A DNA stretch of 64,000 nt from Lytechinus pictus (Eukaryota). The stretch is taken from positions 6,698,001 to 6,762,000 of the forward strand of contig NC_087246.1 in assembly GCF_037042905.1 (NCBI RefSeq), read 5' to 3'. Under the pieces are notes generated by a model, which saw nothing but the letters and a program-made list of their open reading frames with translations, searched no databases and was not told where the DNA came from. A program made the position numbers and the translations under genes. This document shows positions 12,134 through 22,782 of the stretch, in pieces; the stretch's first letter is position 1; each line of letters begins with the position of its first letter.

Positions 12134-15100
12134 ATACTAGGAACCCATCTTCTTCCCAAATGATCTTTTTTAATAAAAATGTCTTTAAGCAACATATTAT
12201 GCCGTTGATAGGTAAACATTTTGTAGGTGCTATGTGTCTACATGTATATTTCTTACTAAAAAGGACAAAACAGTGAGTACTAAAAAGCTTAAAAACCATT
12301 AAAAACCATTAAAAAAACCTTCCAAATATTTTGGCTCATGTCAAAGATATTAGTTGAAGATTATAGAAAACTGTCTAAAGATATGTGTTGATCTATATAG
12401 GCCCTATCTTGACTCTTTCTCTTTTCTCACCTTCTTTGCCTCACTGAAATACTTTGCGTCAAGTGTTTTGTTTACTGGATTGAATAAATAGAGCAGTTTC
12501 GTAGGATTGTAACTAGATATTGCACGCTTCAAATGGATGCCTGATTTCTTGCCATGTACCCATTTTCTTTCAGAGGGTTTAGGAGGTTTTTAGACTTCGT
12601 ATCAATTGTATGGCTCCATCATGTCGTAGACCCTTCAATATAAAATGATTGAAACTATTTGGTGTCTCAGACTTCATAGCCTACTTTACTAACAGAAATT
12701 AGCAAGTGTTTTTTCTCAAACCCATAGTTTTTGTGTTACCTCATCAGTAGATGGAAAATTTCTTGACATTCTAACAAATATTACAGACATTTTGTAATTG
12801 TTCATTTTGGCATTAAAAAAAAACAATTTCAACCTGGTAAGATCTTATTAAAGATTATTCTAATCTATAAATTAGCATGTGAAGTTTTCATTTTGAATCT
12901 AAATTTCATTCATCTTTTTCTCTTTTCTTTTTGCTCTCTCCTGTATGCAAAGGTTAATTCTTACCCATGTATATTTTAAGTATCTTAGGAATGAATTCAT
13001 ATATAGGAAGTTACAAGAATTCATAATTTCATGCCAGAAACTTAGAAAGTACATGTTCATTTATGTGAAAAACACAAATGTAAAAACAGATTAATTGATT
13101 ACCATCAGCTGATTGAATAACAACAATGCAGTATGATTAGTTAGGGAAGCATGCCACAGTGCTTTCCATGTACACTCAAACTCTTTATAAGCATTTATAC
13201 TAACAATAGACACAAACGTGACAATTGCCTCAATTTCATTTCAGTATGTTTATTTGCTCATCAATTTTTAATGTTAGTATTATGCACTTCTGTATCTTGT
13301 ATCCATGCCACTTTGTGTTTCTGCTCTTTCCAATCGCTCTATTCAGTGATACACGCATAATTTTCATTACCTTGGGTTTTTTTAAAGGAATCTTTCATCT
13401 TTCAGTTTTGGGGAAAAATTGTTGTCACTGTTTATTAATATTCACTCTTCCTCATCATGTAAGGCTCAGTAAGGTTTGTTGCAGTTTCTACAAGCAGATT
13501 TAACTGCGAAATACTGTAGGCCTCCTTTTCTTTAACAGGTTTCTTAATGCAATTTGTAACTTGCCCATGGTAATCCCATGGGTTAGAATTTCTGATGGGA
13601 GACTTCAGGTATGAAGCTATCCTTTCACATGCAGATATGGAGAACATGGATAATGAGAGGGATAAATGCTCGGAAGCATTATCAGTCACGTTTGCGAGCC
13701 AAATGCTTTCGTAATTCGTTGTGGGTTTCGATTATGTTTTCAAGCAGGCTTGCATGATTTTGAGACAGACGTTGATTCCCTTTATCTTTTCATCTCCCCT
13801 TCGGTGTTTCCAATCAAAAGAGCTTACTCTCATATCTCCTTCGTAGGCCTAATGATGTGTTCACATTCTAGTAGAGCACGAGAAACATTGTTTTGTACCA
13901 CATCACATACATGTATGGTAGATGCTATGATCATGTGAATGATACAAAAGATGTTTTCAAAGTTATTCAGTATATCAATGACCTATCTTTCGATCTCCCA
14001 TTTGATATTATTTGCACAATTTTAAGTATTATTCATTACTTTCAGTTGATTTTTGCTATGCTGCATATGGAAGAAGTTCATTGATGAATGTTTTAATGCT
14101 CTCATTCTGATTGTCATAAGTATGAATTGAAATGTTAGGAAAACACACAGCTGTTGCTTTTATCACACCACATCAATCTTTAATAAGCATAAGAAAAATT
14201 TCCTCACGAAAGCGGGTCTTTCATATTTTTACTTTTGGCATCCTTGAAAAATGAGAGCTTCAAAATTTCATTTTAGTAATTCAAATTTTATTACACTTTC
14301 CATAATTTCATTAGAAATTTACAGTTAATTTGCTCACAAACCTTGCCCTCTCTCTCTCTCTCTCTCTCTCCCTCCCCTCCCCCTGTACATCTACCTTCTA
14401 CCCTTCCATTTCTCTTTTTCTTTTTCTCTCTTTCTTTCTCCCTCACTCTCCTTTACTGGTAAAAAAAATTTTGGTACTGCCATTGTTCAGGTTTGATGAA
14501 TACTATTGGAGGAAATAGGTTTTTATTCATATCACTTTGATTACCATGTATTACACATGTATTTTATCATTCTTTTTATTCCGTGGAAATTTCTTCATCA
14601 AGTCTCTTAGAGAACCTACCCTGAAACACTCGCCTTATTCTCTGTCTCTCCATGACTTTGTTAGAACCCTAACCCCAATGCTGACATTTGAATTGGACAG
14701 AAGAAACCTGTTTTGTAGGGTAATATGCCACTTTTTATAATAGTAATAATGATGTAAACTAAGATATCTTGTGATATATATAATGTATTGGACACTCGCA
14801 TGGTCAGTTGATTCTTTCTTTTGTATACAAAAAGGTTTTGTATGAAGTTTTTTATCGATTTTACCTTGAGTTCTTATTTTTTTTCCCTGTTCTCATTAGC
14901 AGTGTAGATGCAACATAAAATCTTTATTCTATCGAGAGAATAATGAGTTTCCTTGACGTACTTGTCAGATTATCATTCCCATCTCATCAGAAAGACATCT
15001 TTCACAATAAGATGACCTTTTAAATCTTCACTGCTAAACCACCCACACACAGCATTTAATACCAGAGAAAATAAAAGCATTGCCCTGATAATTGTCAAGT

Positions 15101-15532
15101 AAAACAGAAAGGAAAAAATATCACCAGAAGCAGGAAATATTTCACTAAATACTACACTAACAAGTGGTTGACGAGACACATTTCATTCCAACTTGTTGGA
15201 GGCACATTTGTCACAAGACTTTACCCTTTTATTATATGAGCATTGCATAACACATGATACCAATGTATCCAATCAGAGTGGATATTATTTTATTCTTTAT
15301 TCCATACACTTAAGAATCTTGCTATAGGATTGGTCAGAAATCAATCATGTGATAAAGGGTAGTTTTCCCCTACCCATCAATCATCACTCGCAGTGATGGA
15401 ACTTGTGCGTTTCGCTGATCACTTCAGCCCATAGGGTCTTCATACGATATAAATTAGTCTCGAGTACACGTACAAGATCTAGATGCGCTGCGCATAAGCA
15501 GGACAAATTTGCGCAAAATAAAAAGTTTTGTT

Positions 15533-15741
15533 TTGCCATTTTTACCTCTGCCATTTTTACCTTTGCCATTTTTACCTCTGCCATTTTTACCTCTGCCATT
15601 TTTACCTTTGCCATTTTTACCTTTGCCATTTTTACCTTTGCCATTTTTACCTCTGCCATTTTTACCTTTGCCATTTTTACCTCTGCCATTTCTACCTTTG
15701 CCATTTTTATCTCTGCCAATTTTACCACTGCCATTTTTACA
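15533..15741. repeat. 15-bp minisatellite (GCCATTTTTACCTYT) x14
   Basis: Direct tandem repeat; explains the repetitive ORFs in five frames. Confidence 0.95.
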
Positions 15742-16565
15742 CTGAGCCAACCACTCGTGCTTGCATGCAGTGCGTATTTTGTATGTACGTGATAATAAAC
15801 AGACCGAGCTCGCACTACATGATCATATTTTGCATCGAAATCTTATAAATTTCACATGAAAAAGAATCTATTTTTAGGTGTCATATAAAACAAATAATGA
15901 ATGTTCTTTTCATTTGTCTCATGAACATTCATTATTTGTATACTATTTATCTTATCATGATGGATGATTGATCCATGATTTCTTCCCATTTCACCTCTAA
16001 AAAAAATCTTCATGAATTTTCTGTGCACCATTATGTCTGTAATTCATTTGTTTATTACATTTTTCAATTTAATTACTTGTGTTACTTAGTGTCCATACAT
16101 TTGTACCACATGTTGACAGCATCCTGAAATGTTTTTGATACATGTATACATTTCAAAAATAGTATGACGTGTCTCCATAAACAAGTTAATTTGTGGTAAA
16201 TGAGCATATTTTCTTCATATAAAAGTCTTCCAAAAAAGTTGTTGTGTATAGTGCACTCAGAAAGATGTCAACAGGCAAAAACACAAGGACAACATTAATG
16301 GAACAATTAATATAATAAACATTAATACCAGGCATAAATGTAATAAAATGTATTTACACTTACACAGGAGAACACCATGAAAATAGTCACTATAAACTTC
16401 ATATATAATGGTATCATTAGATTAAGCACAATTATGTTAACTTATTGCACCTATTTTTGGTGGAAGAGGAGAAAGGAGAAAATAAATCTAGTTATAAGAA
16501 AATATATTTTCATCTCACTGAAATGCAGTAACTTACCACAAAAAATGTGCTTTTGAGAGACTTAA

Positions 16566-17158
16566 AGGGGAATCCAACCCAAATAAAAACTTGTTTTTAA
16601 AAGGAAAAGAAAAATCAGACAAGTTGATAGGTGAAAGTTTGAACAATATTGAACAAACAAGAAAGTTATGAATTTTTAAAAGTTGTAAATATTGGTAATC
16701 ACTATACCCATGGAGACTTCAAATTGGCCGCATATGGGATATCATAGTGATGTAAGGCAAGGACTACTCTTCCATGTACTCCAATACATATTATGGCTAA
16801 AATGTCATTTTTCCCAAAAGTTTTATTTCAAATTATATTTTTCTTTCATGAGGACATAAAACAATATACTACCTGGGTTATATTTAGATTACTGCCCCAG
16901 GGAAATGGGTACTTAGGAGAAAACCACAAATCCCTGATAATAAAGTACATGGCCTATGGGAAAGTTGTCCTGGCCCCTTGTCATAATTTACTTACTCAGT
17001 TGCCAATTTGAAATATACATAGTCTTAGAGATCTAAAATTTTAAAACAGCCATAACTTTCTTATTGCTTGTCCGATATCTTTCAAACTTTCACCATTTTG
17101 TTGAATTTATTTTTCTCCTTCCCAACACAACATTTTATGGCCAAGGCTGGGTTCCCCT
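16566..17158. mobile_element. Kolobok/T2-type MITE with TTAA TSD
   Basis: TTAA|AGGGGAATCCAACC ... GGCTGGGTTCCCCT|TTAA; subterminal AAGAAAGTTATG / CATAACTTTCTT. Confidence 0.8.
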
Positions 17159-17484
17159 TTAATTGATTAAGGCTAAGTTCATAATTCATATTCTTAAAGA
17201 AAATGGTGAATCATGTCTTACAAAACATTCATGGGCAAGTTCATTTCTTAACAAAATACAACTGTGTCTGTATCACTTCCTGCAGTATGTAGTATCAATA
17301 TGGTCATTGAAATTGAATAGGACCAAGAGAGTTAGCAGTGAAGGTCAAATTGTCAGGATCATCATCTTACATTTATTCTCTGTTTGCTCTACAAAAAATA
17401 TCAGCCAACCTTGATAACCAAGTTCTTTCTCTCCTTCCTCGCTTGTGAACTGAGACAATGACAGCATCCAAATATAACAATTCA

Positions 17485-17498
17485 GTTTCTATGGCAAC
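17485..17498. promoter_or_regulatory. Candidate RFX X-box
   Basis: GTTTCTATGGCAAC fits the GTHNYY-AT-RRNAAC consensus; ~240 bp upstream of the giant exon acceptor and outside recognised repeats. Confidence 0.35.
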
Positions 17499-17836
17499 TA
17501 CAATGAATAAACACTTGTCTGCATGCAAGGAGCGGGTTGCTTGCGCTAACATCTCAAAGTGCAATTTGAATTTCAAATGATACTTTTTAGATAAGAATCA
17601 CAGACAGATAACATAGCTTTTATTTAATATGTAGATGGTGTATGGTTGTTTGTGAAGGGTATTACTGGAGAGTTTCTCTGTGGATTTTATTAAAATCTTA
17701 TGGATTATCTTTCTGTTTCATCTCTTTTTTGATGCAGGTATGATGCCGTAATGTTTGAAGTATGGATGACACTAATTGGAAGTTGCATATGACACCGCCT
17801 CTCTTTCTGGTCATGTGACACTGGCATCTCTCCATC

Positions 17837-20800
17837 ATGTGGAACCCGCGCAGACAGGATTCTGTTTCCACATATGAGGAAGTGGAGAGTCTGCACAGTC
17901 ACCAGTGCACCACTTTCAACTCTCTAGAAGGGAGCAGCTGTCCAAGCAGGCTTGAAAGTGTTGGCGGAAGTTCTGCAGGAAGCCTTGATCATGCTCTACC
18001 TCCAAATTATGCCCATCCACCAGCTTTCTCTGCCTATCAGAATGATGCCCCTCTAATTGACCCAAGACACCTGTCGTCTGGACTCCGGTCTCAAGGGTCA
18101 ACAGACTCCTCATCAAGGGCAACATCAAACCTGAGCTACCCTCAGAGTCCTGCAGACCTTGGAACACCTAGTCCTCTTGAGGTAGCGCATGATGATCCAA
18201 GAGTGGGAGACATCAAAGACAAGTCAGGAAATGTCAATGCCAGTGTAGCAAACTGGGTTAATCAATCCTACAGTCATACCCCTAATTCAGAAAAGGGAGG
18301 TAGACACCTTTTGTCTCCTAAAGCAGATACTGTCAAATCAAACGGTCAGGGTGTCCGTGGTGACAGTATAGAACGTTTGGATGCAGAGGCTTCTCCATTG
18401 ACATATAGAAGTATGTCTCCACTGCAGACATTCACCAGGACTGCTAGCTTGGATAGTGGCTTTCCTCACATGGGACAATCTGGGGGGTTTGGTATGCCAT
18501 GGACACCTGCAGAGAATATGTTGATGACCCTTGGATTTGGCGCTGTAGACTTTGGGATTCCAGAGCGATTTATGCAATCTTGGCGAGATAATGTCATCAA
18601 GAGGCGGATTGGCGAGCTTAGCACAATGCTTTCTGCACAACATGGTCCTAGAGGGGCTCATCCCCCACCACTAAGCAGACAAGCCTCTGAGGCTGACAGC
18701 CTAGAAGACTTTCGGATTAACCCCAAGCCAAGGATTTCACCACCATCACCTATCCAGGAACAAAGGGAGAGGGAGAATCAAGCCAATGCTGCTAATGCAC
18801 CTAAACCCAAAGTTGAGATCAAGAAAATAAGCCAGATGCCAGTGCCAAGTGAGAAGCAAAAACAGTTAGAAAAGTTAAACTTGATGAGAAGGAGATTCAA
18901 GAAAGCAGCTACTGTTGGAAGTTTTAGTTCCCACCTTCTAAGACCCTCTTCTTCACAACCTAACAGTACTAGTGTAAGTCCATGCAGTACTCCTGAACTT
19001 CAACGAAGACAGAGTGTGTCATCTGGGAAGAAGCTTGTTCATATACAAGGTCCAAGAGGGACTGCTAAGGACAGGCGTAGGAAGTTTGTCAATCGTCAGA
19101 GTTCCTTACCAATCTCATTAGAAACATTGCCAGAGGAAGATGAAGGCCAGCGATCAAAACCACAGAGTATTAGCGATTCCTTCATGGCCCAACGGTCAGT
19201 GAGCATAGATGTTGGCCAGGATAATGTGAAGGACATACCTCCAGTGCCTCCACTCAAGATAGTCACTGAGCAAGCCAGCTTAGAACTCTCAGAGGCTATG
19301 TCTTATGGAATCTCTAAACAGGAATCTAAAGATGAGGCCATTGCTGATATGAATGGAAATAAAAAGGATTTGTTGAATATGGAACAGTACTTGAGTGTCA
19401 TCAAAACTATGATTGATTCCAAAGACTCAGGGATTGGGAATGATCCATCTAATGATGGAAGTCCACAAATGTCACCCCGCACTAGTGCCAGTGAAGATGA
19501 TAACTCAAATACTGTGAAGAGTGCTGAAGGTATGAGGGGTACCACAGAGAAGGGAACAACACTGAAACACACAACAATTGAATCTAAGACCAGTGAGGAA
19601 AGAATGGAGACAGGATTTCATGGGGAAGTAATTAACACAGACAAGCACATTGCTATTGGTTATCAAAATAGTCCTTCTGGTAATAAACAATTTTCAAATG
19701 ATGATAAGAATGCTTCAGAGACTTTGCAAGGTGAAGAGGCCCATGCTACTCATAGTGAACGCCAAAGTGCAGTTGTTTCTCATCCTATACCTGTTCGCAA
19801 GCCTTCTCAGAGACCATCACTGACTGCTATGACTGAAGCATTTTGCCAAACTGTAGTCGAAGAAGATGAAGAAGAGGACTGTAACAGTGTCTTTGATACT
19901 GGCTCACAGAAGAAAAAGGTTGATGCTTCAACCGTTATAGATAAGGATGTTGGTGTCCAAACCAGTCCAGACTTGATGTCCCCCCTCCTGTCCCCTCTCA
20001 TTGCTGGTCAGAGGTGTAATATCTCATTTGAAAGTTCATGCAGCAGTGAGAGGTCACAGGCAACAACAGAATGGGATGTCAAACCACAACTAGTACTCCC
20101 ACCTGATAGTATGCATGTGGAGGTTAATAGTAACCAAGGAGCCAGTACAGAAGATGATGCATCTTCTACTGGAACAGTTAACACCCAGATATCAGAACTT
20201 TCCTCCAGTTCTAATTTTGAATATATGTTTCAGCATAAGCCAGTTACCAAGAAAAAATCAATACCTAACAATGAGTCTGAAGAAGGAAGAAATATGGAAA
20301 TAGATGCTAGAATAGAGCAAACAGCCACAAGTTGTTCATCCTTAATTCCAGAAAATAATTATTCAAGTGGTGATTTAGATAAAGACAGGCAGATAACAGA
20401 AGATATTGTAAAGAGAAAAGATTCTCATACAAGCAAGGTCCCTCAATCTGAAAGCATGGAATCTAAGAAGATATTTTATAGTAATCAAGACCATCGGTCC
20501 TCAAGTGACAGCACATTATCGGACAAGAACTCATTATGCAAGGAGAAGGTGGGAGATGTGAATTTACAAACCGAACATGATACACCCAAGGTAGTGCCTG
20601 ATGATGTATATTCTGGAGAGAAACCGAGGCCCACGCAAAGCTGTAACCTATTTGATGATTTAAGATACCCAAGCAAAGCTCATAATATGCAGAATCAGAG
20701 TTGTGACACATCATTGCCTTCTCAAGAGAACCAGATGGAAGTGGCAAAACACGCATTTGAAATCACAAAGAGTGATAGTGGTAGCAGTATGTTTAGCACA

Positions 20801-22782
20801 CACATGAAATCCAATGTTTCCAAACGTGAACAGTCTGATGATGATGAGGTTGATAGTATTGCTTCTCTTACAGGATCAGAACTCTCTGTCCAATCTCACG
20901 ATTTTGCTGTCCCACAACTCTCACATGCAAGCAGTGGAATTTTTCACTTCTTAAAACAGGAGCAGGATATTTCAGAAGCACCTAAAATACGTGCCAATGT
21001 TGTGAGTTCTGATATTGGTCGCCAGTATGAAGCCCTTCTCAAAAGTGCTCTTGAAAAAGAAAGGGCTCGCAAACATCTTACAGTGACAGAGACACTACAT
21101 CTTGCTATGGTGAAACTTGAAAAAATTGTGAAGGAACGGCGCTTGTGTAGGCACACTCAGCTCCAAGATGGGGGATCTTCTAAAATTTCCTGTAAATTTT
21201 GTGATTCCAGGAAAAATACCCCAGGCAATGTCCATAAGAGATACTCTTTGAGACCAGAAGTAAGCCTTCAACCCAAACAAGTGACTGTTTTGAAACAGGA
21301 GCAGAAATTACATAAAAGTGTTGAAAGGACTCGATCTGCTCCTAATGAACTTATTCAAAGGGCACCTAGTCAAGAGCAAACCCCTAAGAGGGGTACAGAA
21401 GCCAGGGTTAACTCTGTGTCATCAGACTTTAATGATGCTGCCATGAGTGTCACTGGGGACAATCTCCTCATCGATCTGGACAAAGTATCTGAAGAACTTC
21501 CTTCAGACATAACTTTAACAGGAATGACAGTTGCTGATGTGAAGTCCATACAAGCCTTTCATGTTCTGCATGAGAATGAAAGTCTTTCACTTACTGAAGG
21601 AGATGAGAAAGCAAAGAAAGAAAAGGAAGACTCATCACAAATGTTACTTCAGAGGCGGAGAAGCCTTTTTGCCAGAAACAGCAAGAGTGGATCTAGACTT
21701 TTACTTGCTAATGGAACAACCCATCGAAACAGTATCCTCTTCACCAAGGAAAGCACTCAATCTAAGGAGTTTTTTGAACCACCAACATTCCACTCTTCAG
21801 CCGACAACAAAAATATTTTTTCAACTGAAGATGCACAAAAGCAGATTGTACAGTCTGTAAAGACTGAGGGTGAAGCTCCATTTTCCAAAGTAACAAAAGG
21901 TTTGAAGACTGGCAAATCATCTAGTCTTTCTTTGGATGACTCCAAAGCTGGACAACTGACACCTTTCCAGGAGTTTGACAAACGGGCTAAGAGTATGCAG
22001 AACCTCTCTAGTCAGAGCAGCAGCTTTTACATAATTGTCAATCAGTGTAATGATTCAAAATCCGCTGATGGAGGAAGCACTGACAGTGATAAAACAGGAT
22101 TTCCAAGCTTGAATTGTCACCAAACTCCTGGTAGGAGTTCAAGTGATAAGTCAATGGACTGTTATGTGATGCCTCAATCTTCTCCACGTAAAACACTCTC
22201 TGCTCAAAACTCCAAGAGATCATCTTCGCCATTCTCTCCTACTTCTCTTTTATCTTCACCGCAATCCTCTATCCTCAAAACCCCACCGATCCCTGTGACT
22301 GATGGTGTCGGAGAATCACCAATACCTCCTCAGCTAATGAGACTCAGTCAATCACCTACCGTCAATCTGGCCTCTTCAACTCCATCTGCTCATACAATGA
22401 TAGAACTTAGCACCCTTGACATTCAGCCTGATGATGTAGAAGGGACTCAGCCACTTGCTAGTCTAACTCCGTCTAAATTCCGCTCTGAGGTGTTCCTTCA
22501 GCTGCCGGACCAAACCAATAGTGCCAACCATTCTGTTAGAAGTGTCAGCCCAGTTTCAGTAATCCTCACTCCAGTTTCCCCTCTACCAAGACTAGAATAC
22601 ATGCCATCATTTGATGAACTCTGTGACAAAGCTCAGACAATTATCACTGATATAGAGGGCTTAGGTGAACCTACAGAGCATGCTATTGAGCAAGCGGTAC
22701 CAATAGAAGATAGTATCTTGTCAGTAAAGAAGGTAGATGATGACAATAATGAACTCCAACATGAAGAAAATGAAACAAGCAG
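17837..22782 (+). CDS. Giant coding exon 1 (MWNPRRQDSVS...HEENETS), Ser/Pro/Glu-rich low-complexity protein segment
   Basis: 1649-codon ORF in AT-rich DNA. Pyrimidine tract plus CAG acceptor at 17735-17737; AG|GTAATT donor at 22783 (phase 2). No transposase or RT motifs seen. Confidence 0.92.

Noticed and set aside
228..14740. Numerous 60-110 aa hydrophobic ORFs in the ORF track
   Set aside because: F/L/I-rich translations typical of AT-rich non-coding DNA; no homology recognised and no consistent splice signals
15384..15848. Five overlapping ORFs with repeated peptides (KMAEV, GKNGK, AIFTS, LPLPF, CHFYL)
   Set aside because: By-product of a 15-bp minisatellite lacking stop codons; no splice or start context
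17916..22232. Short antisense and alternate-frame ORFs overlapping the giant exon
   Set aside because: Expected shadow ORFs of a long coding sequence; no recognisable products
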